From assembly GCA_004764695.1 (NCBI GenBank), contig SMSO01000037.1:2580747-2644746 (forward strand): 64,000 nucleotides of DNA. The letters are read 5' to 3'. The stretch's first letter is position 1; the number at the start of each line of letters is the position of its first letter. The DNA comes from Schizochytrium sp. TIO01 (taxonomy: Eukaryota > Protista > Bigyra: Labyrinthulomycetes). Positions 38,051-50,379 of the stretch are shown here, in pieces. Made by a program: the position numbers and the translations under genes. Below the pieces are notes generated by a model that saw only the letters and a list, made by a program, of their open reading frames with translations, was not told the DNA's origin and made no database searches.

Positions 38051-38879
38051 ACTGCTTTCTTGGCGTTTCTACTTTCCCATGTTTAGACTTTGCTTGTGCT
38101 TTGAGTGTAGTAGGAGAATGCATGCACAACAATCCTCAAGGTCAATGTTGAGTCAATTATGTAGGTAAGTACAACTATCTATGACTAGTAGTAACATCTA
38201 CCTACTGCTAAGTACTAGCCATGATTTTCCGGAGATCTTTCATACTTGGGAGTCTGTGACAAGAGAGAAAAGTATGATCCTTGGCAATCTCAGTGCTATT
38301 CCACATTTGGGGATTTCCTTTTGAGAAGGTTTGGGGCAAGAGTTTTATTACATACTTCAAGTGATGATGAATCAAATTAAAAAATGGGAAGACAACGCAT
38401 GCTCACTTATAGTCTTTACTCTTTGACATATGAGGGGTGTAATATAGGGAAAAACCTTGGCAGGCATGTTTCGCAGGACCAAAAGTGACGGAGACGAGAA
38501 CCGTTAGACACGTGGATATACAAGTGTCTGCCTTGCTATACGATCCGCTACCATTATCATCATAATTTTGTGTAGTATGCAAAGTAAACCTACAGAAATA
38601 CAAGAGAGAACTCGTCCTTTTTGTAGGCAGGGGGTTGGCCAAGGCTATGCAAAATCGGGCAATCTTGAGACTACACTGCAAAGTTGAATGCTGCAAAGAA
38701 TACAAACACGCAAACTAATACAGCAGAGCACCGGCCATGAATAGGTACGACAGAAGACTATATGCCCACTATCACGAGTAGCACGTGGCCTTGGAACGAA
38801 ATTGTTGACTCCAAAATTTCATCTTGGGCTGATTTCAATAAAAAGGGGTCAACTTGATAGAAATGGAAATGTCGAGGAT

Positions 38880-40892
38880 TTAAAAGGTGAAGACACGCTT
38901 GATGAGCGCGCGGACAATCTCGCTGACGAGAGACAGCTGAATCGCGATCTTGGAGGGCTCCTTCTTGTCCTCCACCCACCACCATCCATCGTTCTCCATG
39001 CGGTGGCACGCCTTGACAATTTTCTCAGTAAGGAGATCGAGGTCCTTGCGCTTAAAGTCCAGAGAGAAGGAGACACGACCAGTGCCAACCCAGGAGAGGT
39101 TGAGTCCCTCGTCCTTGAGCAGGTACTGCAGCATCCAGTGGTAACGACCAGGGCGCTTGTAGAGGATGGTCCAGACAGAAGCATATGCGGCAATCTGAAT
39201 AGGTGCAGCAGTCTCCGGGAACTCCTTCTCAAGGTGAGCGTTAATATCCTTGACCCACTCGGCAACGTCAGTGCGAAGACGGTCGTACTCACCGCGAGCC
39301 TCGGGAGATGTGGCCCACTTAAGAAATACGTTCATAGCGCCAACGAGGATAGGCTGGGCAGCAAAGGTTCCAATGACGTATGCCACACGAAGGGGCTTGA
39401 TCGGGTCAGAGCGACGCATGAGGTTCGAGGGACCGCAGCAAATTCCGTTTGCAATGCCGCCACCGAGGGTCTTACCATAGGTCACAACATCGGCCTGAAC
39501 ACCAAAATACTCCTGAGCACCACCAGGGGCCAGACGGAATCCTGTGTAAACTTCGTCAAACATGAGCACAATTCCACATCGGGTGCAAGTCTCACGCATG
39601 CTCTCAAGCCACTTCTTGTACGCCTGCGTGGAGCTGCTGGCTCCACGAGTGTTGCTAGCAAGCACAAGGTCACTCGGCGGTGGTGCGTTGGGGTGGAATG
39701 CCTGGAGAGGGTTGATCACAACGGCAGCGATTTCGTGGGCGCGAAGACGAATAACGTCCATAGATGCCGGAGACATGTCCTTGAGGGTGATGACATCGCC
39801 GGGAATACGCTCGTTGCCTGCCATACTCTGAACACCGTCATACCAGCCGTGGTAAGCACCTCCAAAGATTACAACATACTTCTTGCGAGTGTTGAAACGA
39901 ATGAGACGGATTGCGGCCATGACAGCCTCAGTGCCACTCATGTGGAAAGAAATCTCTTCCTTGTTGGAAATCTCGCGGAGCATGTCGATGTTTTCCTTGA
40001 TAAGAGGGTGCAGAGGTCCGAGTACGCATCCAACGTCTTTGGTGAGCTCCCAGCCCTCGGTAATGAATCGCTTGTACTCATCGTAGCCGCAGACGTTGAC
40101 ACCGTAAGATCCACTTACGTCAGTGAGGCGGTGCTTGTCAACATCAATGAGGTCAGTGCCATCTGCGTGATCGATAACAGTGCACGGATCGCACCATCCC
40201 TCGAGCTTCTTCTGGTACGGAATAAAAACACGGTTGCCAGCAGCAAAACGAAGATCAGAGAACTTGTCAGAAAGGTATGCGCTCAGCTCGATGGATTTAG
40301 GGAACTTGGTCTTCCACTTCTCAGCGAGGGCCTCAAAGGCACGCTCACGCTTCTGAGCGATCTCTTCAGGAGGGTTGTCGGTACGGAAGAAGTCGTGGTC
40401 ATTGAAGGCCCAGCGAGGCATAATGTGTGAGACGATGGGGAAAATCAGAGGAGTTGGCGTGGCAGCCCTCAAGGTCATGAGCTCGAGAAATACACGGTAC
40501 ATGAGCTTGAAGAAGGCCATGATGGCGAGGACAACCTGCACGTTGAGCTCCTCGTTGAGAATGCTGCCAGCCACAAGCATGGAGGTGACTCCAATAAACA
40601 TGTAGCTCTCCTTGCGGGTGAATGCAGGTACATACACAGCAAGCATGGTGAGGCCCATGGCAACGATAACGGCGCGAGGTACGACATCTGCAAAGGGCAT
40701 GTGATCAAGAGTAACTGCGATCGTTGTGAAGGTGAGCAAAGTGCGGATGCCAACCTCACTGAAGGAGTCGAAGCTGCTGAGCAGAAAGCAGGCAAACGAA
40801 AAGATGGTCAGCGGGTGGAATTTGCACGCAGAGTCATCCTCGGCGCACAGCCAGGCGCTAGAGCCACCTGGCAGGAGTTCGAGCAAAGACAT
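38880..40892 (-). CDS. Membrane-anchored class-III PLP aminotransferase (glutamate-1-semialdehyde aminomutase-like), 670 aa
   Basis: SGTEAVMAAIR, GAYHG, FDEVYTGFR, DVVTYGKTLGGG (PLP lysine), GTF; ~140-aa hydrophobic N-terminus with about 4-5 TM segments; strong C-ending codon bias. Confidence 0.9.
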   Translation of the reverse strand: MSLLELLPGGSSAWLCAEDDSACKFHPLTIFSFACFLLSSFDSFSEVGIRTLLTFTTIAVTLDHMPFADVVPRAVIVAMGLTMLAVYVPAFTRKESYMFIGVTSMLVAGSILNEELNVQVVLAIMAFFKLMYRVFLELMTLRAATPTPLIFPIVSHIMPRWAFNDHDFFRTDNPPEEIAQKRERAFEALAEKWKTKFPKSIELSAYLSDKFSDLRFAAGNRVFIPYQKKLEGWCDPCTVIDHADGTDLIDVDKHRLTDVSGSYGVNVCGYDEYKRFITEGWELTKDVGCVLGPLHPLIKENIDMLREISNKEEISFHMSGTEAVMAAIRLIRFNTRKKYVVIFGGAYHGWYDGVQSMAGNERIPGDVITLKDMSPASMDVIRLRAHEIAAVVINPLQAFHPNAPPPSDLVLASNTRGASSSTQAYKKWLESMRETCTRCGIVLMFDEVYTGFRLAPGGAQEYFGVQADVVTYGKTLGGGIANGICCGPSNLMRRSDPIKPLRVAYVIGTFAAQPILVGAMNVFLKWATSPEARGEYDRLRTDVAEWVKDINAHLEKEFPETAAPIQIAAYASVWTILYKRPGRYHWMLQYLLKDEGLNLSWVGTGRVSFSLDFKRKDLDLLTEKIVKACHRMENDGWWWVEDKKEPSKIAIQLSLVSEIVRALIKRVFTF

Positions 40893-43436
40893 CTTTGACA
40901 GGTGCCAACTCTCAGTCCACCAAAAGTCCGCGTCCGAGTCTACGCCACGGAGACTCGTTGTCGCAACGAAGCACTTAGTGAGTGCAGAACCGATCGATCT
41001 TCACTCAACAATTGAGCGATCGATATTTGGGTACTGATTGAGTGAATGCTCTACGCAATTGTTTGCTTTTTTTTTACTTTCTCCTCTTTCACTATGATTG
41101 TAATAGCAAATATTATTTAATCTTTGATACTTTCCCCTTTCAGACTGCTATTACTAATGTCTCTTATGTTGATTATGATGATGATTGCTTACTCTTCCTC
41201 TTAGTTGACGACGTTTGCACAACTAATACTACCTACTAATAAGAGGGGAGCGACACTTTAAAAAATAAATTATTTTTTAAAATAAAGGTCACCATCATCA
41301 TCATCCCACTACGAAGCCTCATGAACCATGCAGTGAATGAACAAAGAAGACAGTGAGGAGTCTTAAGCCCGCTCCTGACTTTCGTGCAGCAGAAGTACGT
41401 AGCGCTGCAATCTTCTTCTCGCGACAACATCGAGACTCGGGTAACAAAAATAAAGTACTCTAACTGCAAAAACTTTCACCGCCACTATCTCCAAAACAAA
41501 CATCTTTTTGATTCTTCTTTTATTTTTCATTCAAAACGACAGTGGTCATCCTTATCTTATCACTTTTCGAATGTTGAGGAAGCAATGGGGAAGAGCTGGG
41601 TGAAAAGACTCTGCACCGCGTTTCTAGTGCTTGCAGCAATCGATGCCAAAGCAAGAGGGTCCTGTGGAGAGCTGCAGCCTTAGCTCCATTTGGTCTTTTG
41701 CATTCATGTAGAGGAGGAACAGGAAAGCCACAAACGCAACAAAGGGTCGTCTAGGCTTGCTCTCGGGTATAAACTTTTGATTCCTTTTTGTACCTGCTGC
41801 CATTCTTGCATGTGGTATTTATTGAGAATTGGTCAGTGACACCTTGTTGCATGGCGGTTAATTTCGATCTACAAATTATCCAGGAATCACCCAAGTACAT
41901 CGGTATTTATTGATGAGTTCATGGGAAACCAAGCCCTTTTGTCTTATATAGACTCAAATTTCGTTGAAATTGCGAGAAAAGTTCTTGCATCAAATGTGCA
42001 GGACAAACTAATGATGATGCAATCCTTCAAAGAACTACATGGTCTCGTGGGACTGTACCCTGCTATCATTATGGATTGAAGACTATGCTAATATCGTAAT
42101 AAAATTCAACTAGTAGTCCCATGGAATTTATAGCAGGATTGCAATGGGCAATCGACTTTCAAAGGAAATCATGAATTTACAAAGAAGGCAGTATCATTGC
42201 TATACGTGAACACCAGGGTCAGTCTCATTTGAAGCAACCAATGATGGTGATTTCCTGGCAGAACATCATTATCATGATATGCCTTGTAAATCTCAGTACC
42301 TGCGGCATTTCATTCGCGAATTTATTTAAGCTAGATGGCATGCACATCGTAGCATCCCAAGCTATAGGAATACAATAGATTGCTATATTATTCCACGCGT
42401 ACATTGAGGAAGCGGCGTAAGCCACGACTTGAACAAGCCAAGAAATGTGCGACGTCCTGCGGCTATGGCGGAGGAAGTTTAAGTTGTTGCGTGCCATCAA
42501 TATGCTCGCAACCTGCGTAACTCGTTCCTTGCCCCCGTCGATACGCATTTCGCATCTTGCAGAGCGGGGTCGGCAAGCTAGATTCGCTCTCGACGTCGCA
42601 TCTGGCATGAAGATTCGATCTTTGCATCATCGTGAGCAGGATCGACACTTCCGCTGTGTCATCTCTGAGAATTACAACTATATTAGAGAGCTAGCTTTCT
42701 TTCCCAACATCAAAAATGAAACCCAAACTTCACCATGGTTGCACCACTTCCGCAGTTCCAAGAACGAAAACAGCCAATGACAATGGCGTCGATGTCTAAG
42801 GTTTATGGCATTTCTTCGCACCTCGCGTTTCCTTTTGTCTCCAGCCTGGGGTGATTCTAGAGCTTTCCACTCTTACTCCACCTCGAATCGGCACTGCTGC
42901 ATTTCGCATCTTCTCTCTTTTCCGCTTTTTCAATCGGTACCGCTTTTCGGACGGTCCCATGATTCTATCTACCGGACCCGTGTATGTGCCAGCTTTCTCT
43001 GTTTACAAACAAATTCTAATTCACCAGAAAAGCCCCAAAAGGGTACTCTATTTACCATCGTTTCTCTGTAAAATATCAATTTTGATTGCTATAGCACTCC
43101 AGAACAAGCTGGAGGCCAAGCAAGTTCTTCGCAAGAACCACGATCACGATGCGAACATGAACCGGTTGCGTTACAGTCCTTGGCAAAGGAGAGAAAGAGA
43201 AGAGAAAAAAGCATTATTAGCAGTATTATTAACTTTAAAGTAATCTTTTCTCAACTTGCCCAGCCCGTTGAAGAAGCCCGTTCTTTCGCTGCATGGGCTC
43301 GAAATTCTTAGCTCGAGCTCTGCTCCGCCGTTCGGGAGCGCTTCCTGAGAAGGCGCGGGCAAGCCTTGCTATGCTCTGTGTCCGGGACGCCTGCGTGGCG
43401 TGCGGTGCCCGCGAGCTGTAGCTAGTACCTAGGCAT

Positions 43437-43475
<39 letters not shown>

Positions 43476-43501
43476 ATCGTTCATTCATTCATTCATTCAT
43501 T
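43437..43501. repeat. (TTTC)n plus (TTCA)n compound microsatellite
   Basis: Directly visible. Confidence 0.9.
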
Positions 43502-45172
43502 AAAAGTTTGATTGCCTCTTCGTTATTTTTTTTCCTACAATCAACTAAATTCATTGCAACGGCGATTTCTTTCAAGTTTGCTCCCTTTCCACGGCTCAAT
43601 CTGACCACGATCCACGATTCGTGAAGGCAGAATGCCTACTTAGCTTGCCGGCTTTAAGCTTCGCAGGGAGCCAGCGATGGCGGTTGAATTGGACCTTGAC
43701 TCAGGATATCTGCAAGGTCTGGCTGTTCTATTGTGGACAACCAGAAAGTTATCGCCATCCACAATGGAGACCCATGATAGTTTGCAATGTTTTGCGCATA
43801 CATTCACCATCGTCGCATACATCGAAAAGAAGTACTTTCATCTTTTCAAGCTTCCTCTCTTTCTCTCTCTCATCTTGAAAGAAATGAAGTAATCAGCGCT
43901 ACTTCGCAGCTAGCGGTTTCCATAAGCGTGCTCTTAGCACCTCGGCACTTTTCCTTTTACTTTACTCTATTCGCAAAGAAAAGCAATTATAATCGTGATC
44001 ATAATAATAAGCTAATCGGTACGTACAATACATTTCGAGTGATAATTGTTGGTAAAGTGCAATTTTCTTAAAAATTAAATTAAAAGTGGTTGACGCACTG
44101 CTACCTAGATTCCTAGGCACGGGTAGGATGACTTGCTTGCGTGCTTTGCCCTCGCCGCTGCCAGGCTGGTGCACAGCATCTTCGAAGAGGCCGCCGTCGT
44201 CATCAGAATATAGCTCAGGATCTTGTCTTTGGGTTATATCCATAGAGCTCACCACCTGCTGAGTTGGCGAGCGCGACGGATGAAGTAAAGGTGACCTGGA
44301 CTTGGTTTTCGATTGGAGAACCTTGGCAAAGCCACCATAGTTAGCTCTAGAGTTAGTCAGTTAAAAAAAAAAAGCTTTTGCCTTGCGAGATGGTTGTAAA
44401 ATTAGGCGAATGTACCAAGTCGAGAATTTTGGATCATCTCGTGTCCAATTCGAGAGGAGGTAATCAGCTTCAAGTTGAAGAAGAAGAAGAAGAACTTATG
44501 GCTAATCGATGCAGGGCCTCTCTTCGGCTCTCCAAATGGTCATCTGCTCGGGATACCTTCGTTCGTCGGAGCGGCCTTCCTCGTAAAGCAACGAATTAAG
44601 AGACGATTATCAACTCTTGAGAGCAAAACCTGAGCTAGTCATCTAAAGAGCAGCGGACAATCGCGTGAAAGCTCTTTGTTTCTGTCAAACTGCTTCATGC
44701 CGCCACTTCAACTCTGAGAGCCACACTTCGAAGCTTCTTCACAAGCCATGGTCAAATCAAGAATTCAACACGCAAAGACTCCAAACAAAGAAGAGCCTGG
44801 ACCATGGGCGCGGTGATTGATTGATCCCTTGCCAAGATGATCGACCAGCAAGGTGGACAATGAAGGGCACTTCAAGTACCTGCGAAACTTCTGTCTAAAG
44901 TCGGGGCACTCGAAATCTGGCGTTTCTTGGCACAAATAACCTGAGCCCCTGTAACATCCACGTCCTTGAGATGGGACCCAATCACACAGAAACCTACTTC
45001 TTTGGCTATATCTCAACACCAATAAGCCAGTGGTATCAGTAGTGCTCCAAGCCACACAAGCAGTTCTAGTGATGGCCCTCGCTCATTGAAGAAGCTGTGC
45101 AAATGGTACGTATTACGCCAAAGACGCCACCACGTGCGAGACAAAGACCCGTACTTTTAGTAGTGGAGTGTA

Positions 45173-45194
45173 AGTAGGTAGGTACCTACCTACT
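45173..45194. repeat. Perfect 22-bp palindrome AGTAGGTAGGTACCTACCTACT
   Basis: Directly visible; near the midpoint of the 40892-49660 divergent intergenic region. Confidence 0.85.
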
Positions 45195-46564
45195 ATCTAC
45201 TACTAGGAGTAATGTAATGTAATCGAATGGAATGAATGTAATGAAACGTGTGCACCACTTGGAGGAGGGACAAAGTGAATAACTATTGGGCTGGCGCCAA
45301 GCAAAGTCTGTCTACTGAGGCATGCTCTGGCAGGTGGTCCTTGGCTAGGTAGGTATCGCCTCCTCGAAGCTGATGTCATCGTCCCGAATTACAACTCGAA
45401 ACTCTCGTTGGCGTGGCATATCTGTGTGTTCAGGTGCTACGCACCTAGCTACAAACATAGCACACTGATCTAGTAGCACTAGTGGTAAATATTGGCGAAA
45501 CCATGTATCAAACCGCACTATATGTAACCCCTCGTAACCTCCGAGTCCGCTCTCTGTCCGCTGACGTATTTTCCTTCCGTGCCTCCCTATTTCTACAATT
45601 ATTTTTATTTTTATTTTTTTAAATCTTGTTTAATTTATTTTTATTTTTATTTTTATGAAGAAAGAAAAACATTTATTGCTAGGTATCATGATCTTGAAAA
45701 TAAATGAAAATAAATGAAACAAATACATCTACCCATAAAATCTGAGTCGCGCTATCGATAGGCAAGTGATCGATTGTTTCCTACTGAGCTGCATAGAACA
45801 TAAAAAAGAAAGAGGAAATAGGACAAAGAAGCACTTTCCTCCATTTTCTCCATTCGTGAATGTCAGCTCCAAAGAAACAAACAACTTTGAATTAAACAAA
45901 AGAAAGAAACAAAGAAAAAAGTCAATGAAACTTCTCTGCGGCGGTTCTCCGCTGTCGTGCTGGCAGGCCAGACCAACCAAACCTCGGTTGGGCGCCGCAG
46001 TTCACTGGCCTGGTCTGAGCCGAGCCGCCGTTCGACGCCCTCGCGTCTTCACGCGAGTAGTTGGTCATCCTTCAGCCTCTCTCGTACGTGGCTCCCTCCC
46101 TCCTGAGAAGATGTCATTCATTGCCTTTCTCCTCTTTTTCCCAACGGAGCTGTAATCGCCCTCAGAGGCCTCTTTGGCCGTTCTTATGCCAGACGGGCGG
46201 CGGTGCCCCTAGAGTTCCTGGTAGAGGCGCCATTATTGTTCCGTCGTTGGTGTTCTTTTTTTGGGTGCCTGCAATGAGGCCTTCGGCGGTTAGAAGTGAA
46301 GCCGCTTGGGGCTCATGAAACGGCGCCAGGTCGGGCAAGAGAAGTGGCGGAAAGGCCGCGAGGCTGCGAAGCTGAGAGGCTGCTGCTGGAGAGAAGAGCT
46401 AGGGCTCTCTCGCTAAGTTTAAGGGATTTTGCAGGTTTTCAGGCGCTCCTGAGAAGGGCAAATTGCAATGCGAAGGTCAAATTCTGCATCGCTCGTCATC
46501 ATCGCTGTTTTTTGCTTTACTTTAGTGTAATAGGTATTCATTCATTCATTCACTTATTCACTCA

Positions 46565-46691
46565 TTGATTATTTTGTTGATTGATTGTTTTGTTGATTGA
46601 TTGATTGTTGTTGATTGGTTGACTTATTGACTTATTCAATTATTAACTTATTCACTTGTAAACTCATTGATTGATTGATTGATTGATTGAT
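46565..46691. repeat. Degenerate (TTGA)n microsatellite tract
   Basis: Directly visible. Confidence 0.8.
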
Positions 46692-49659
46692 AGATCGTTG
46701 GAAAGACAAAGCAGCAGAATGATGAAAACAAAGAGTCATCGTAAGAACCAACGCAAGCGAATGAATGCACGATCGAATGAGTACATTTCCAAGGCGAATG
46801 GCCAAATCAGTTGACTCTCGCTGCGATTGGCTGATCTGGTTGCGTGCGTCCCCTTGAAGAGCTCGCTGTGCTCGACAGAGTTCTTGGAGCGATGGTCGCT
46901 GCTGCGACTAGCTTGCGAGGTGCGGCGGAATCTTCTCGCCAAGATCCTCCTCCATATCGCCGCTATGGACAGCCCTCCGCTCCATAGGGTGTCCTGGACC
47001 CCGATTAGATTCGCTGCAGCCGGCTTTCCAGGATGCCAAAATAAACCAAGCCTGTACGTATGTATCGCAGAGTGGAGTGGTCCTCTTCGCGACCTTGGAG
47101 CTAGCTCGTTGTCCAACTCTGGTCAGCAGCATTCATTCCCAGGAGGACTGGGATCTTCAGGGCCTTCGGTCGATCGAGATTCATTGAAATTTGGAGGCCT
47201 CAACTAAGGGACCAGCTCATCGAAAAAACGGATGCATGCATGCATGCAGGCCTTGGCTGGCCTTGCTTGCTCTGCCGCCGCTTGCCTTTGCAGAAACCAT
47301 GCGGCTTTCATAATGTTGAATCGATGGCAGTCGCAGAAGCTCGAGCTCGCGCGAACCGCCTCGCAAGCGGCGCCTTCCTGAGTAAGTCCAAGCGGAGCGG
47401 GTTCTCAGAGAAGGGAATGCCTGCCTTTCCAGCGCATAGCGCCGTCGAAGAAAAGCCCAAAACCTCGAACACCTCTGCAAACTAACAAGCGAATCAACAG
47501 CCAAACCAGCAAGCAAGCCTCAGAGGCAACGCATTGCCTCTGCAGGAGCGGAGCTTAGGACGACCTTTGAACGGAGGCAGCTGTTGTAAACTTTGAACGG
47601 AAAACTTTGAAGGAGGCAGCTTCAGCTCGATGCCTGCCCTCTCGGGCGTTGCCTACTTAACTTCTGCCGGTGCGACGTCTTCGACCTAGACGAGCTCATG
47701 CCAGTCAAGAGCTGGAGCACCAGCTCAGAATCGAACCTTGTCGGCAGCTCATCCGCCGAAGATCCTCTCGCAGAAATAGGTCTTCGATTCCGAAACAAAG
47801 CAAATCAACCTTGAACGTTGACACTGCTTTCGTAAACACTCCAAGCGCCACGAAAGCCGTGAAAGACAACACACATACACCGCGTCCCCTTTCCAGCCAC
47901 CCCATCTAGGACCCTCCTATCATTACCTGTACAAAACGAAAGCGCTTGTTTCGCCTTCCTTTCCTCGTGCTAAAGGTTTCTTTCTTCCTCTCTCTCTCAG
48001 TAATTGCGCTATTCTCAATGAAGGTATCTTTTAATTTAAAAATCGAAACAAAAAAACGTTTTTCGTTGCACTTTTTTCTTTGATTACTTCCTGTTATGTA
48101 TATCTCTTTATTTTGTGTGTAATCCCTTTATTTTTTTTTTTATTTATTTTTAAAAATAAAGTATTAAATAAAATATAGGCTATTAACTTAAACATATTTA
48201 GGGAGGGCCGCATTGCGCGATCGGGGGGCACACAAGGACGTTTGCGTCCCCAAGGAGAATCTTCTCTTGCTGTCAGTGGCGGCAGAGGGGCCTCCACTAC
48301 GGGAGAAAGGTACCCAGACAGGCCCAAAGGCGCATTTCTTATCAAGGCATATCTGTAACCACTGATATGAGGCCCCCTCGATTATGAAGAATCTTTCAGT
48401 GTTAGCCCTCACAGCACCACTGATATTTCAAACCGTCCCCTGACTGTGCTGTTGAGGAACTGCATAAAACAGGACCAGATTAAATCTATGCGGTGTGGTG
48501 ATGGTTAGACTGCTCTATACCCACAGTTAAGAATACCTTCTATGTTTAATAGGGGAAGAAAGTAGAAAAGGGGGCAGTGGCAATGGAGGGACGTGAGGGG
48601 GATGGAAGCTTTTGACCTTGTGAGGAGAAAACGCAGTGGGGAAGATCGCCGTGCTTGCTTGCTTGGCTGCCCAACGATGACTTCCCTTTGCGGCTTTTAT
48701 CCAGACCTGCAACTCCCTCGGATCAGGTACGTCCCTCGCGCTGAGAATGTCTGCCGCGGAGGCCTCCTCTTGTCTCCATGTGGGCATCCTCCTCACGACC
48801 TTGAAGTCTGCCCGTCTCGAAGCCTGCTCGATCCTCCTAGCCTCTGCCACGGAGTCTTGAGGTTGAGAGATGCACAGGTTGGCGGCGTCGCCATCGACCT
48901 CGGTTGACGTCGCTTTTTCTCTTAGCTGTTCTTATCTGTTTCTCTTTCCTCCCTTATGTCCTTAGTGTTGTCTCGTCGTTGATCTATCTATCTATTCACG
49001 CATGCGTGGATGTACTCTCTGTGCTACTCTGTCTGCTCCATGTGTGTTGACGATGAAGATCATTGCCCTGCCAAGGCTAACAGCAGTCTTGTCATTCAAT
49101 TAGTTGCATTGAAGTGGAAACGTTGTTGCAATCATTGCCCATAATGTTGTTCCTCTATATATAAGTGCAACGTGAGGCGATGCGATGCAATACGTGACAA
49201 TGTGCTAGTGTCTATAGTAATACGTGTATTTGATATGGCGTGATTCTACTTTAAATACCTGGATTAAGTGGCATCTAGCGCGATAGCTGGGTGTGCGGTA
49301 CATATCAAGCGTGTGAGCTACAGCTTTTAGTTGCAACGAAGAGGAAGGACGAGGAAAACCGGAGGAAGGCGATACACGGGGCTGATTCATTCAGTTGTTC
49401 CAAGGATGTAGTCCAGCAAGGATAACTTGTGCAAATATGGTGGCGGAAGTCATATTCGTCCTTACTGTGTGTGGTGAAGCTGGCACTTACTTGGTTTTCA
49501 CGCAAGCAAAACCTAGGAGATGAAGGACCTGCGGCACATGGAGAGACTAATCTCGATGGATGGAATTTAGAGAACTAACGCTATTTGTTGTTGCTTATTG
49601 GTGAATTTTACAGAAAGTAGTTGTCGTTATTACACTCGACTACACACACATATATCACA

Positions 49660-50379
49660 ATGGCGTCCAAAACGGCTGCTAAAGAGGAGGTCGATGTCAA
49701 GAACCTCACCAAGCCGGTGATCGCTGGCGAGGACATGGGATTCTGGGAGGCTGTCGCCCAGCAGAAGGAGATTGACCACCATGCTTCTCACAACAACCTC
49801 ATCAACCAGTGGTTGCACCTCATTAGCTCCACCATCTTTGTGATCTGCTACTACGTGGTCTTCCTCCCTAACTCGTTCAGCATGAACGAGGCCCTCGAGG
49901 CTGCCATGTACTGGGGTCTCTTCTCCCTTATCATCCGCCAGGCCGGCCACTACGTTTTCGAGCCCCCTTGCCACGACAAGGAGCAGGCCATGCTCGGCTT
50001 TGACACTGAGAACAAGGTCCGCATTTGTATCATGTACGGCGCCATCCCTGCCGTCATCCTTGCCTCCATCCACTTCAACACCGAGATCAACCTTTCCCTC
50101 GCCCAGGCCTGGATTATCGTGACCTTTTCTGTTGTGTTCGGTCGCGTTGCCCTCCTCTGGAGCCGCTACGGCTTCCGCATCTCCATGCACTGGTTTGTGA
50201 AGTTCATCACCGACCCCTTCACTGACATCCCCGCCTACTGGAAGAGTGGCTACCAGATCTTCTCCCCCAAGCTCGTCCAGGGTGCCCTCCACTCCTCTTT
50301 CCCCAACACCTTCTCCCTCCCTGAGGGCTACGTCGCACCCAAGTCTGGCTACGACAAGGACGAGAAGAAGGAGAAGTAA
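49660..50379 (+). CDS. Mpo1/DUF962-like His-motif membrane protein (putative Fe-dependent lipid oxygenase), 239 aa
   Basis: SHNNLINQWLH and RQAGHYVFE resemble the Mpo1 family HxxxxNxxLH and QxxGHxxFE motifs; multi-TM; very strong C-ending codon bias. An upstream branch point ACTAAC (49574) and TTTTACAG acceptor (49613) suggest a 5'UTR intron. Confidence 0.75.
   Translation: MASKTAAKEEVDVKNLTKPVIAGEDMGFWEAVAQQKEIDHHASHNNLINQWLHLISSTIFVICYYVVFLPNSFSMNEALEAAMYWGLFSLIIRQAGHYVFEPPCHDKEQAMLGFDTENKVRICIMYGAIPAVILASIHFNTEINLSLAQAWIIVTFSVVFGRVALLWSRYGFRISMHWFVKFITDPFTDIPAYWKSGYQIFSPKLVQGALHSSFPNTFSLPEGYVAPKSGYDKDEKKEK

Noticed and set aside
38802-40430. 542-aa plus-strand ORF
   Set aside because: Antisense shadow of the aminotransferase; C-ending codon bias suppresses antisense stops.
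38880-40892. Gene symbol hemL/GSA
   Set aside because: The membrane anchor, extensions and gene context argue for a different subfamily.
43621-48907. Short ORFs (60-130 aa) and a possible riboswitch in the long intergenic region
   Set aside because: No recognisable domains, no consistent codon bias, and no complete TPP-riboswitch motif set seen.
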